This document shows positions 12,571-26,233 of a DNA stretch of 64,000 bases, piece by piece. How positions within the stretch are numbered: the stretch's first letter is position 1; the number at the start of each line of letters is the position of its first letter. A program made the translations under genes and the position numbers. Origin of the DNA: Octopus sinensis (lineage: Eukaryota). The notes under the pieces are model-generated. The model did no database searches, was not told the origin of the DNA, and worked only from the letters and a program-made list of their open reading frames with translations. The DNA is taken from assembly GCF_006345805.1 (NCBI RefSeq), contig NC_043005.1, positions 77,562,001 through 77,626,000 of the forward strand, written 5' to 3'.

Positions 12571-13229
12571 TTTATATGTATATATCAAAGGCAGTTAATA
12601 CAATGCACGTTTAAGATATACAAAGACATCATCTGCTCGGAAACAGAAATCTTAGGAAATAATTACGACCATATGTCATACTACTCAAGCCTTATTGGAA
12701 GTTACGTACAAAACTTGTACTTACATACATCGACTATATATATATATACAGAAATAAAAGGCTTCTGATTTCGCTCTAGTTCCTTGTTATTTGGGAGATC
12801 AAAGATAAAACGCAAGGCAGGAAAATGTATCTGACAATAAAAGATAAGGGTTATCAAGAAAACAAGTTTAACATATCCTAGGGAAAATATTAACCGACAT
12901 TAACATCAATAGATGAAACTTTCAGATGAAGCTTGACTTTTAACGATAGGCACGAAACAGCTAACGTTGATATTCCATCAAACATGATGATAGAAATTAT
13001 TATTTAAAAAATAAATAAATAGAAGAGTAAGACATGATTAATGTAACGAAGAATGAGTTAGAATTATTTATGCAACAGAATAAAAAAAATAATAAATAAA
13101 CAGGCAGCAAGAATATCAATCATTTACTTAAAATGAATTCAGCGATATAAAATGGTAGAAATAAACAATAGGCTATTAAGCTACACTCATGATATACAAA
13201 TTTTGCAAACAAAGAAAAATCTGCCTAAC

Positions 13230-13575
13230 AGATATATATGTATGGACATATATATATATATATCTGTGTGTGTGTATGCATGTATAGATATGTGTGTGTG
13301 TGTGTGTGTACATATGAATATTTATATGCATACATATACATATACATACGTATATATCTGGTTTTTGCATTTCGTTTGCAAGATTCTTTATATGTGTGTG
13401 TATGCATGTATGTATATATATATATATATGTACGTATGAATATATATATATGCATACATACATGCATACAACACATATATATGTATACATATGTATATTC
13501 ATGTATATATATGTGTGTGTGTGTATGCATGTATGTATGTATAGATATGTATGTACGTATGAATATATATGTATA

Positions 13576-13633
<58 letters not shown>

Positions 13634-13730
13634 ATGCATACGTACATACGTATATGTATATATCTGTCTTTAGCATTTCGTTTGCAAGATTATATATGTA
13701 TGTGTGTGTGTGTGTGTATACACGCATACA
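13230..13730. repeat. Compound microsatellite with a duplicated block (gcatttcgtttgcaagatt twice)
   Basis: Direct. Confidence 0.85.
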
Positions 13731-13734
13731 TAAA

Positions 13735-13955
13735 CAATATTCTCAGTGCCAGAAAGCACCATTTCTTTGCTATTTTATTACCAGTTTATCCATCTGAATC
13801 TGTTCAAAGTTCCATTCTGTCCAAACACAATTCTTCTCTGCAAACGAAGAAATAAAGAAATGCCAGTAGAACTCAAAATTGGTTTAGCATGAATTCCCAA
13901 AGCATTGTCATTTGCAAAGCGAAACTCTCGTATAACCAAATGCACAATATCAAAA
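13735..13955 (-). pseudogene. RTE-like reverse transcriptase remnant
   Basis: LVIREFRFANDNALGIH resembles the RT IRELLFADDxAL motif. Confidence 0.5.
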
Positions 13956-14233
13956 TGTTTTCTTTGAATACATACATGCACACATACACAAACACACACA
14001 CACACACACATATACACATAAATATACATGCACATATATATCTATACATATATATAAAGATGTGTGTGTGTGTGTGTGCGTGTTTCATTGTGAATGCTTA
14101 GAAATCATGAGAAATTTCCAGTGCCACGTTTTTATAACAACCCCAGCGTATACGTTCTCCAGCTCCTTTTATCCTCTCAGTCTCTCTCTGACATATGTAA
14201 TTATATATATATGTATGTGTATATATATATATG

Positions 14234-14296
<63 letters not shown>

Positions 14297-14664
14297 GTGT
14301 GTGTATGTATATGTATATATATGTATATATATATAATATATATATATGTGTGTGAATATATATATACATGGAACATAAACTCACTCACTTTCAGTATTGA
14401 ATAATAATGTTTAAAACATACCTCTCTATGTAATTGTAGATATACACAAAAGAGTCCGTAAAGCATAAACCAGCTCACACACAACGTAACATGCAAATAT
14501 GATATCTGCACACATGTTACATGTTTTTATAATGTGTTTTGTTGTTGGTATAGATATCTCTATGAAATTATGTTGGTTTCTTAGCAAAGCACAAAGTCAA
14601 TTACTGAAAGGAGGGAGAGGTTTAATGGATTAATCTCTGCCCAGTATATTACTGGTGTGTGTAA

Positions 14665-14880
14665 AGTTGGCGAGCTGGCAGAATAATTTACTGCACTGGA
14701 CAAAAAGCTTGGTGACATTTCTTGCAGATTTTAATGGTTTGAGTTCAAATACCACCGAGGTCGGCTTTGCCTTTTATCCTTCCATGGTCGAAGAAATAAT
14801 ACCAGTTGAGCACTGGAGTCGATGTTGTTGACTCCCCACCGCCACTCAGAATTATTGGTTTTGTGCCAAATTTAGTAAGA
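14665..14880 (+). mobile_element. SINE family B (diverged)
   Basis: ggcgagctggcagaa...gagttcaaataccaccgagg. Confidence 0.7.
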
Positions 14881-15485
14881 TTATAACTGGTATGTGTGCT
14901 TTATGTTGCCAGAGATAGAGGGATGAAACTAAATACCGTAAGGTATTTTGTTCGACGGTCTGCTGATTCTACAAATCCACCAGTTTTTTGTGGTTACAAC
15001 AATGAAAATGTCTGAAATGAAGGGTTCAAAGATTTGAAGTGATATCAGTCCAGTTTCTCACTTTTCAACACGTTTCTTCATGCTAGAATAAAATTAAGCA
15101 TCAATCACAATGAATTAGTTGATTAAACACATTTGGCTGAATAAAGATTCGACACAGTTGGACTTTATAAGGATTATTTGAATAAAGGGACGAGCTCACA
15201 GTTTTACGGTTATGGCAGTCGATATTTGGAGCGAGCAGTCGGGTAAGCCGTCGCGTTTTGTCCTTGAATAAATCAGTTGAAATTACCGAAATACGAGAAC
15301 TTTGACGTGAAATAACTTCGTAAATATAAGTTTTTCTCAAAAATGCTAAGAGTAGAAAAGATATGTTATATGACACATTCTACCAGTGTCCGAAGTTTGA
15401 AAGTGTTTAGTTATAAAAAATTATTTTTTAAATCTGTAGGTCAAAAGGTAAAGATCCAAAAATTGTTAAAATATTTTGTGTTGTA

Positions 15486-15897
15486 GGAGTAGGAGTGGCT
15501 GTGTGGTAAGTAGGTTGCTTACCAACCACATGGTTCCAGGTTCAGTCCCACTGCGTGGCACCTTGGGCAAGTGTCTTCTTCTATAGCCTCGGGCCGACCA
15601 AAGCCTTGTGAGTGGATTTGGTAGACGGAAACTGAAAGAAGCCCGTCGTATATATGTATATATATATATGTATGTGTGTTGTATATGTCTGTGTGTCTGT
15701 TTGTCCCCCCAACATCGCTTGACAACCGATGCTGGTGTGTTTACGCCACCGTAACCTAGCGGTTCGGCAAAAGAGACCGATAGAATAAGTGCTAGGCTAA
15801 CAAAGAATAAGTCCTGAGTTCGATTTGCTCGACAAAAGGTGGTGCTCCAGCATGGCCACAGTCAAATGACTGAAACAAGTAAAAGAGTAAAAGAGAG
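15486..15897 (+). mobile_element. SINE family A, full length
   Basis: Near-consensus copy with (aaaagagt) tail. Confidence 0.92.
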
Positions 15898-16393
15898 TTG
15901 TAGAAATATAACCAGTTTATTGCTGATCTTACATGAACTCCCAAAGGTCATGTGGACCCCGGTTGAGAAGCGCAGCCATTGATGCAGATAAGCACGGAAT
16001 AATTCGTTGGCTTAGTAACCACATATTATCATAACATGAGCTCTTGCCTCGTAGAACTAAAGACGTTAGGTGTTTAATAAATGAAAACAGACATTTCACA
16101 CAACAATGCAAACAAGGAATGTCATGAACGAAATATATTTATGTAAATTTCACACCTGATATTTCAAATTCTTTTTTCTTATTGCTTACAGAGAAATATT
16201 TAACCTCGAGATAAGAAAAAAGTTAACGTTCGTCACCTCAGCCAATGTAGTTTTGATTTATGACGTGCAAGCACAGTGACATTATTTATTATTTCATGTA
16301 TGCGTATGGATTTTATGTTATTGTGTGTCTCTGTGTATACGGGTGTGTATACGAGTGTGTATGCGTGTGTGTATATTTATGTATGCATGCATG

Positions 16394-16458
<65 letters not shown>

Positions 16459-16478
16459 GTATAGTGTGTGTCTGTACA

Positions 16479-16521
<43 letters not shown>

Positions 16522-16539
16522 ATAGATATGTGTGTGTGT

Positions 16540-17035
16540 GGAGGCGTGTGGCTTAGTGGTTAGGGTGTCAGCATCATGATCATAAGATTGTGGTTTCGAT
16601 TCCTGGACCGGGCGACGCGTTGTGTTCTTGAGCAAAACACTTCATTTCACGTTGCTCCAGTCCACTCAGCTGGCAAAAATGAGTAACGTCGCGATGGACT
16701 GTCGTCCCGACCAACTGGGGAACATATACGCCATTGAAACCGGGAAACTGGGCCCATGAACCTTTATTAGGCTGACGTCTCGGGCATCATGCCGAACGAT
16801 CCCGGAGACATCCACCTGCCGACTGCAAGCCCTCAATATAGTCTTGACCCCCTTGGGGTGCGACGGTCACCTAGAGCGTGACTATCCAGCCGGGGCCGAC
16901 CCGTCAGCTTACGGGTCTGATTCCTTTAACTTACGGGTCGGACCACGTCGCTGTATTCACCCGTTGCATATCGACACACACTCCCGGCGACTGACGGCAT
17001 CGGTCGCGCCTAACCTTTAAAAGGGCGCACTTATT
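16540..17035 (+). mobile_element. SINE family C with a ~240-bp GC-rich insert (~16775-17012)
   Basis: tRNA head ggaggcgtgtggcttagtggttagg...gtttcgattcc; tail interrupted. Confidence 0.85.
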
Positions 17036-17589
17036 TAATATATATATATATATACACTGTGTGTGTTATATACATATCGTTGCTATTATGCAAAAGTGTC
17101 GTAAGTCCAAAACGAAAAAATAGTTTCACCATTCCATTTCTTTTTACATTAGCAACAGTTTCAGCTTAACAATAATACTATGTTGGATGCATAAAATCGT
17201 AACTCCATGCAAGTATGATATTTTCAGTCAGAAAATATCACATGGGGGACTTACTACTCTTTTGAAATATGGTAAACAGTTGTACTACACTTTGACAATC
17301 TTCATCTGAAGCAGCTGGAGATAAGATAGTTTCACCAAAAGAACCAGCTATTGGGAACAAAATTAAATATTGAAAAAAGAAAACGCATTTTGCCAAGTTT
17401 GAACATACGACAGTTTAACATAATAGCAACGATATATTGTTGACGTCTTAAGAATTTTTAAACTTTTGGGAGAGTATTAAATATTCATCTTTCATTTTGA
17501 AGCGTGAATGTGGAAGCACACATAAAGCTATGAATAATAGCATGTAAATATTGGGTTCGAACACCATATTGCGGTACGTTCCGTCGCAG

Positions 17590-17724
17590 GATTACTCATT
17601 TTTACTTAGTGAGTAGTAAAATGGAACAACGTAAAATTAAGTGTTTTGCTCAAGAGCAGGAATCGAAACCACAATCTTACGATCATGAATCCAACGCCCC
17701 TAAACACTAAGCCACGTGCCTCCA
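17590..17724 (-). mobile_element. SINE family C fragment
   Basis: Head and CORE-like part. Confidence 0.65.
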
Positions 17725-17775
17725 CCAAGTTCAGAATGCGAATGTATTTTTTTTATCGCTAACCGTTTTTTCTAT

Positions 17776-18197
17776 CTTTTATTTGTTTCAGTCATTAGAC
17801 TGCGGCCATGCTGGGGTACCACCTTCATGAATTTTTAGTCGAATGAATCAACCCCAGTATTGTTTTTTTGAGCCTGGTATTTATTCTATCGATCTCTTTT
17901 GCCCCGAACCGCTAAGTTACTCGGACGTAAACACACCGACACCGGTTGCCAAACGGTGGTGGGAGACTAACACAGACCCAGACAAACACACACGCACACA
18001 CACACACACACACAACACACACACACATATATATATGTATATACGACAGGTTTCTTTCAGATTCCGTCAACCAAATCCACTCACAAGGCTTTGGTTGGCC
18101 CAAGGCTATAGTAGAAGACACTTGCTTAAGGTGCCGCTCAGTGGGACTGAACCCGGAACGATGTTTTGGGGAATCAAGCTTCTTACCACAAGGTGAC
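17776..18197 (-). mobile_element. SINE family A
   Basis: Reverse-complement copy. Confidence 0.85.
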
Positions 18198-18769
18198 ACC
18201 TTGTGGTATGGTAGAAGCTCTGTATATTTGGCAGAAACTAGTTCCTTCCTTGCAGGAAGACTTCAAATAATTAAAAATAGAAGAGAACATATGCATAATT
18301 ACAAAATAGTGTTAGATTTATCACTTGTGAGGTAACTTCTGAAAACGACGTACTCCTCTCTAAGCAGAACATGACATGCGCAATGTTGCATACTGAAATA
18401 ATTACGATGTGTCAGCCATTTCATCAATTCAGAAAAAAACAGTAATATATATTATTGCACATTGGTAAAACAAGCAACATGTAGCAGCAAGTTTTTTGTT
18501 ATATTTATTTATTAAACTAACTACTTATTGACTACGCTGATGGCAAACTTATAAATGTAAATCAAGATCAGTTTTTTTGTCATGACAATAGCAGAACCGG
18601 TTTTTCTACGCCATATAGCAACCCAGTTGATGAAATCAGGTACTGATAATAACGTGTAATGCGTCAATCAAACATCGTCGTCTAGGAATTGTATTGAAAT
18701 CTGTATAATAAATGATAAGTTTGCTGTTGAACAGAATCTAGGAGATGGTTTCAATTCCTAGGAATTTTG

Positions 18770-18962
18770 GTTTCAAATTTTGGTACATGGTCAACATTTT
18801 CGGGGGAGAGGACAAGTCGATTACTTCGACCCGGTACCCAGTTCGTACTTATTTTATCTACTCTGAAAGGATGAAATACAAAGTAGACCTCAGAATGATA
18901 ACTGGCGAAATGCCGCTAAGCATTTGCCCGGCGTGGTAATGAGTCTACAAGTTCACCGCCTT
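18770..18962 (-). mobile_element. SINE family B (diverged)
   Basis: Similarity to the B consensus. Confidence 0.65.
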
Positions 18963-19061
18963 TCAATTCCAGGAAATTTTACCATTTCGTTTTGCTAATT
19001 GCCTCAGAGGATTATACGAGCGTTGCTCTATAAACCTAGGCTCTCTTACCTAAACCAGGAA

Positions 19062-19320
19062 CCAATATTTTTTCCTTGCTAGATTCCTGGTGTCGAACTC
19101 TCTAAAGCAGGAAGTATGATCCTAGATATTTCTTACAAATAAATTGAGAATCTAATCCTGGTTCACTTTGCTAACGGCCCCTGAGAAGTGTACGAGTATG
19201 CTCGAGTATACCTAAATCGAGAATCAATATTTTTCCATGCTAGATCCCTTGCATCGAACTCCCTAAAACAGGAGGTATGATCTTATTTCTATGATCCCAG
19301 ATATTTCTTACAAATTAATT
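19062..19320. repeat. Direct duplication (period ~160 bp)
   Basis: caatattttt..gctagat..tcgaactc..gtatgatc..gatatttcttacaaat occurs twice. Confidence 0.75.
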
Positions 19321-19523
19321 GTATACGTAATTTCTTACTAACATTTAATTTCTTACCTTCATCCTTTCAAAATATAGAAACTTAGGATTTAGTAAAATAA
19401 CAAAATAACTATGTTCCCCACCCCTGTAAAAAGAGACTTTCAACAAACAGAACACAAAACAGTTTCACTCACTGATGAAAGGCATTTTCATACATCTATT
19501 CTATTAATGCACTTGTAAAAGTG

Positions 19524-19858
19524 ATGAATGCCACAAAATCCTATTTCGCCTAACCTGCAGGGCCTTTGTGCTTAGTCAAAGAGAAACTAATAATTTTTCT
19601 TATAATCCTGATGCACAAAAACCAGAAAAGTCATGAATGCCACAAAATCATATTTCACTTCATCTCACTTAAGCTGCAGGGTCTTTGTGCCTTGTCAAAA
19701 AGAAACTAATAATTTTTCTCAATTCCTGATGAGCGAAAGCCAGAAAAGTCACGAATGCTATAAAATTATATTTCACCTCATCTCAACTAAACTGCAGGGC
19801 CTTTGTATGTCGTCAAAGAAAAACTATTAGTATTTTTTTCTTTTCAAATCCTGATGAC
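19524..19858. repeat. Minisatellite, three copies of ~110-120 bp
   Basis: Unit atgaatgccacaaaatc...ctgcaggg..gtcaaa..aaacta...tcctgatg. Confidence 0.85.
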
Positions 19859-20537
19859 CAGACGCCTCTAGCTCTCAGCTTTAAAATAGGATACATTAGA
19901 TGAGTGATTCTCAAACTAACGTCTGACAGACAGTTTCTCCCACACGCATACACAAAAATTATTGGTAAAAGTTTTTGATGTCCTTTTCTTTATTAATGAG
20001 ATAACAAAATAGATCTTGTATCCATATAACGTTTCTTTCTACTCCAACATGTTTGGCAAGTTTCAAACGCTGGAAGACATATTAATTTTATCAAACATAG
20101 CATTTAATAATGTTCAAACCTTAGATAAATGTACCCACCACAATGGGTATTACTGCATTAGATAATATCATCTTAGATATATTTATGCTGTATATATACG
20201 CGTAGATAAAACATTTTTTTTTTTGCACAAAATATAAAGAGCACAGAAAACTCTTTAGCGACTACCTCTTCCTCTAGACTTGGATCACACGCACACATAC
20301 GTGCACGTATACACAAAAACGCACGCACATTGACTAAGGTGCCTCCCAGTGGAACTGAACCCAGAATGATGTTATAGGGAAGCAAGCTTCTTACCACAAG
20401 GCCACACCTTGTGGTGTGGTAGAAGCTCTGTATATCTGTCAGAAACTAGTTCTGACAGTTGTTCATATCATAGAGGACGAGTTGTTCATATCACTACAGA
20501 TTAAGTGTACTGACCATGAAAACTGGTGTATTTACAC

Positions 20538-20636
20538 GATCACATGACCAATGAAAACATTCTGAAAAGAACCAATGAAATACGATTTTGTGAAATCATC
20601 ACAGAACGGAAATCAAGACTAGCAGGTCACATACTC
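20538..20636 (+). pseudogene. RTE-like LINE ORF fragment
   Basis: DHMTNENILKRTNEIRFCEIITERKSRLAGHIL matches the post-RT motif D.VTNEEVL...RRLR..GH. Confidence 0.7.
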
Positions 20637-20654
20637 TTGCTACTAGAGTAATCA

Positions 20655-20922
20655 TCACGTTATCACGTGACCGACCAGACTATCAGATGTTGCTACACAT
20701 CGCTGGTTACAATGCGCTTTTTCATTGTTTTATCCTTCAAATGACGCCACCCCGCTCACAAGGCAAGCAGGCCAACATTCCCCCACTGATCGAAAGGGTG
20801 AAGTGGAGCGACCTGAAATTAAGTGTTTTGCCCAAGAACACAACGCACCGCCCAATCAGGGAATCGAGCCCACGATCTATCGATCATGATTGCGACAGCC
20901 TAACCATTAGGGCACGCACCTT
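20655..20922 (-). mobile_element. SINE with a C-type head and a tail shared with 49493-49790
   Basis: Tail ...acaacatctgatagtctggtcggtcacgtga. Confidence 0.7.
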
Positions 20923-21052
20923 CACTAGAATAAAGACAGCTTTCAAATGGACACCACTGGAGGGGGGGGAAAGAGAGGAAGACCGAAAAGTACAAGGTGA
21001 AGAGTATTCACAACCGACATGAGAGAAATCAATAATTCATTGTTAGCTAATA

Positions 21053-21470
21053 GGCGTAGGGGTGGCTGTGTGGTAAGTAGCTTGCTTACCAACCACATGG
21101 TTCCGGGTTCAGTCCTATTGCGTGGCACCTTGGGCAAGTGTCTTCTACTTTAGCCTCGAGCCAACCAAAGCCTTGTGAGTGGATTTTGTAGACGGAAACT
21201 GAAAGAAGCCTGTCGTATATATGTGTGTGTGTATATATATATATATATGTATGTATGTATGTATGTATGCGTGTGCGTATATGTTTGTGTGCCTGTGTTT
21301 GTCCCCCCAACCAATGGTGGTGTGTTTACGTCTCCATAACCTAGCAGTTCGGCAAGAGAGGTCGATAGAATAAGTACTAGACCTGCGGTCGATTTGCTCG
21401 ACTAAAGGCAGTGCTCCAGCATGGCCACAGTCAAATGACTGAAACAAGTAAAAGAGTAAAAGAGTAAAGA
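21053..21470 (+). mobile_element. SINE family A
   Basis: Near-consensus copy. Confidence 0.9.
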
Positions 21471-21483
21471 GAAAGTAAAGCTC

Positions 21484-21700
21484 AGGCGATGAGCTGGCAG
21501 AATTGTTAGCACGCCGGGCAAAATACTTAGCGGCATTTCGTCCGTCTTTACGCTCTGAGTTCAAATTCCGCCGAGGTTGACTTTGCTTTTCATCCTTTCT
21601 GGGACGATCAAATAAGTACCAGTGGAACCCTGGAGTTCATGTAATCAACTTAACCGCCCACCACCCCGAACTTGCTGGCCATGTGCCTAAATTTGAAGCT
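21484..21700 (+). mobile_element. SINE family B
   Basis: Directly follows the SINE A tail. Confidence 0.8.
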
Positions 21701-22338
21701 AATATCACGTTTGGCTGCAGAGAAAATTGCTGCCGTTAGAAGCCAGCGACGTCAATGTGCACGAGAGCGCTGAAGGAGCAGAAAATGATAATGAAATTCT
21801 TAAAGCAAGCATGTCCGATGGTTAATTTAAGCAACAAATTTTGGTTTCGATTCTTTGTTGCGTTTAGCTAACTTCAAGTACGTCGTCAAAATCTTAAGAA
21901 TCTTTAGGCAAAATTCTACTCATTGACTTTCATCTCACTGATTATAACAATCGAGTAAGTAATACTTTGATTGATTGAGTCTCAAATTTCATTTAATTCA
22001 ATTTAAAACCCATTTATTTCGCTGAGGTGATGACAACGTATTACCGATACTTAATTCATCGAATAATTTTTAAATTTAAATAGATGAGGAAGCTTATAAT
22101 TTGTGTTAATAAATCCTTCAAAGATAAAACATTGTTTACAATATTAGATTGGTATTTCATTTAATTATAAAATGTACAATGAGATTCATTATCAGTCTAC
22201 AAATACATTTACATACACACACGCGTTGCGCACGACTGCACAAACACACACGCACACGCACACGCATACACACACATACACTTGTATATATCTTATATAT
22301 ATATAATATATATATATATCTTTATATAATATATATAT

Positions 22339-22394
<56 letters not shown>

Positions 22395-22869
22395 ACACAT
22401 ATCTTTATATTTATGTATATATATGTATAAATGTATATATATACATGTATATATATATATATTAAATATATATATATATATATACAAAAACACACACACA
22501 CACACATATATATGTGTGTGTGTGTGGTGTGTGGTGTGTGGTGTGTGTGTGTGTGTGTTGTGTGTGTGTGTGCTTTTCTGTGTGTGGAATGAAAAGATTT
22601 TCGAAAAACAAAAGTTATCTATTTTATGAAAAATCTTATAAAAACTCAGATAAACAAACAATTAACAGAAGGAAGATTTTCTGTATGTACTTTCAGCTTT
22701 CAGGGGTCTTTTGTACGACGTTGACACGTGTTTTTCAAAAGCCAAAAACTCTGAAAAAGGTCATAAAAGAATTTCCTTCATCATGATCTACGTCATTCTG
22801 TCTTTCAAGTTTTAATATATGAAAGTATTTTCTCTTTTTGTGACAGTATCATGGGTTTTTTAGATTTTA

Positions 22870-22901
<32 letters not shown>

Positions 22902-23029
22902 TATACATATATATATATTATATATATTATATGTATGTATATGTATATATATATATTATATATATATATATGTATATACATATGTGTGTGCATATATATT
23001 ATATTATATATATATATATACATTTAATA

Positions 23030-23512
23030 ATATCGGGGTAATAAAGATTTTAGAAAATTTTACTACCAGTGGCCTAGCGTATAGAAAAATTAGTCAATAG
23101 ACTATATATTATTCATATAAAATACAGTGTACATTTAAACATTAAGAGGCATCCATCATTAAGAGGTGTACATTAAGAGGCGTCCATCATGGGACAACCT
23201 TGCGCTAGAAGGAACAACTAAAGTCCAAACCACTAATTAGTAATAAAATCTCGAAGGAAATGAAAAATAAAAACATTTACCATCTATTTCCTGGATAATG
23301 GTGTCTGAATTTTTTTAGCAAATAAAATAATTTGCCAGGTGAAGTCTTCGTCAACAGGTACACCAAGATTAAGCATATAAGCACGAGGCCAATCCAGCAT
23401 GTGCCTCTTGCTTATACATTTTAATTATTTGCAAAAAGAAAGTCAGACACCATTATCCAGGAAATAGCTGGTAAATGTTTTTATTTTTCATTCCCTTCGA
23501 GATTTAGTGGTT
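23030..23512. mobile_element. Foldback element (arms ~23246-23332/23421-23505) with a unique extension, next to (TA)n
   Basis: Inverted repeat read directly. Confidence 0.7.
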
Positions 23513-24145
23513 TTGCCCGGCGCGCTAACGATTCTGCCAGCTCACTGTCTTACTAATAATCATAATAATAATCCTTCCTACGAAAGGCACGAGGCCTGAA
23601 ATTTGGTGGGAGGGGACAAGCCAATTATATCGACCCCAGTACTTCACTGGTAGTTAGTTTATCGACCCCGAAAAAACGAAAGGCAAAGTCGACCACGACG
23701 GAATTTGAACTCAGGACGTCAGGACGGGCGAAATGCCGCTAAGCATTTTGCCCGGCGTGCTAACGATTGTTCCAGCTCGCCGCCTTACTAATAATTGCAA
23801 TAATAGTAATAAGGATGATGATTTCAAAACCTGGCACAAGGCTAGGTTTTCGGAGGAGAGGGTAACGTGATTACATCGATCCTAGTGCACATCTAGAACT
23901 TATTTTCATCGATCCTAGTGCACATCTAGAACTTATCCCGAAAGGATGAAAGACAAAGTCGACTCCGGCGGCATTTCAATTCAGAATGTAAAGACCGAAG
24001 AAATGCCACTAAACATTTTGAAGAATAGTAATAATAATCCTTTCTACTATAGGCACAAGGAGTAAGTCGATTATATCAACCCCAGGATATGACTGGTACT
24101 TAATTTATCGACCTCGAAAGAATAAAAAGCAATGATAACCTTGGC
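23513..24145 (-). mobile_element. Cluster of SINE B copies and fragments
   Basis: Copies at ~23575-23788, 23820-24020 and 24040-24145. Confidence 0.8.
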
Positions 24146-24149
24146 GAAT

Positions 24150-24945
24150 AACCAGGCATTAACTATCATGGCTTCTGATCTTAACTGATTGGAATGTACA
24201 TTGTTTTGTCTTGGTATAAAAGATGGGCTACAGCAAATATTCTGCTCAATATCACAAATTTGCTTGTCAGTCATTTCACCTTAACCAGTTGAGCATTTCC
24301 CTTGGTAGTTGATGATATGTGCATCTCTGATCACGAGCAGAAGTAGTGGGGGAGCATCATAGCCATGTTGAGTGGAATTTCCTTAGGGTTTGGATAATTC
24401 ACCTCTGGAAAAATGGGTGTTTCGTTCAACATCTTTAAGCAAACCTTATTCAAAGACCTTTTGAGAGAGACGAGCTACTCGGCCTGAAGAAAATTCTAAC
24501 TGGGCCCCACATGCAACGCCATGCGATGGGTTATAGCAAGTATTCTGCTCAACACTACAGATTTATTTGTCAGTTGTTTCACCTTAACCAGTTGAGCATG
24601 TCCCTTGATGGCTGACAATATGTGCATCTCTGATCACGAGCAGAAGTAGTGGCGGGGGGCATCATAGCCATGTGTTGATAGGAATTCTTTGGGTTTGGGA
24701 TAATTCACCCTTGGAAACATGGGTGTTTCGTTCAACATCCTTAAATAACCCTTGTGAGCAGGATGGGCTACTCAACCTGTAGCAAATTTTAACTGGGCTC
24801 CACCTGCAAGGTCATACGCTGTTTATCTTGATATGAAATCACTATGTCACGCAAATATAATCGTGAATCATATGCCTGGTATACCCTTATCAGATGGGTA
24901 GTCACGATGAGTATACTGGGCTTCATATATTTGTACCCCAATTTG
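24150..24945. repeat. Unclassified repeat with an internal ~300-bp tandem duplication
   Basis: 24223-24525 resembles 24526-24820. Confidence 0.75.
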
Positions 24946-24988
24946 CTCTCTCATTCAATAATAATAATAATAATAATAATACAACGAC

Positions 24989-25440
24989 GGCGTAGGAGTG
25001 GCTGTGTGGTAAGTAGCTTGCTTACCAACCACATGGTTCCAGGTTCAGTCCTACTGCGTGGCACCTTGGACAAGTGTCTTCTACTATAGCCTCGGGCCGA
25101 CCAAAGTCTTGTGAGTGGATTTGGTAGACAGAAACTCAAAGAAGCCCGTCGTATCTATATATATGTGTGTGTGGTGTGGGTGCGTGTGTGTGTGTGTGTG
25201 TGTGTCTATGTATGTGTGTGTATATGTTTGTGTATCTGTGTTTGTCCCCCTAACATCGTTTGACAACCGATGCTGGTATGCTTACGTCCCCGTAACTTAG
25301 CGGTTCGGCAAAAGATACCGATAGAATAAATACTAGGCTTACAAAGAATAAGTCCTGGGGGTCGATCTTGCTCGACTAAAGGCGGTGCTCCAGCATGGCT
25401 GCAGTCAAATGACTGAAACAAGTAAAAGAGTAAAAGAGAG
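24989..25440 (+). mobile_element. SINE family A
   Basis: Near-consensus copy. Confidence 0.92.
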
Positions 25441-25732
25441 TAAGACTATTGCGGCTGCTTTTGCAAGCTCGTCAAAACCATATGCTGAAAGGTAATGTTT
25501 TTGACGCCCTTCTTTATTTCTTATTTTCATTATTATTCTTATTTTTATTATTTATTTATTTATTTATTTATCTATTGTTAGAGATTAAGATTCCTTCACC
25601 AGATTTCCCATTGCCAATTGATGATGTCCAAAGTAGCTTCCAAGAATAATTTCAAGTTGTTTAGGTTTCATTGAATACGACAGGTTGGCATGTAAACCTC
25701 CGCTCTACTGATTCCATGTTTCTCTCTACAAC

Positions 25733-25750
25733 CTCTCCCTCTCCCTTTCG

Positions 25751-25846
<96 letters not shown>
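25733..25846. repeat. (CT)n microsatellite
   Basis: Direct. Confidence 0.95.
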
Positions 25847-25848
<2 letters not shown>

Positions 25849-26162
25849 CAACTGATCTGAATATTTGTTTGTACTATTAAGATATTAGGAGATAATAGCT
25901 GTCCTTAAAATACGTGTGCGGGTATGTAAAGTGCATGTGTGAGTGAGAATGTGTGTGTGTATGTGTATATTTATACACATACATATATATATACACACAT
26001 ATATATACACCATCACAACACACACGTGTATGTATTATATATTTATGCATATATGTGTACTTGTGTACATATCTCTTCCTCTGTCTCTCTCTCTCTCTCT
26101 ATATATATGCGTGTGTATATATGTGTGTGTGTATGTATATATATAAACATATATATAAAGCA

Positions 26163-26233
<71 letters not shown>

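Noticed and set aside
17240-17520. Possible RTE remnant (HLKQLE..FHQ)
   Set aside because: Too degenerate to support as a feature.
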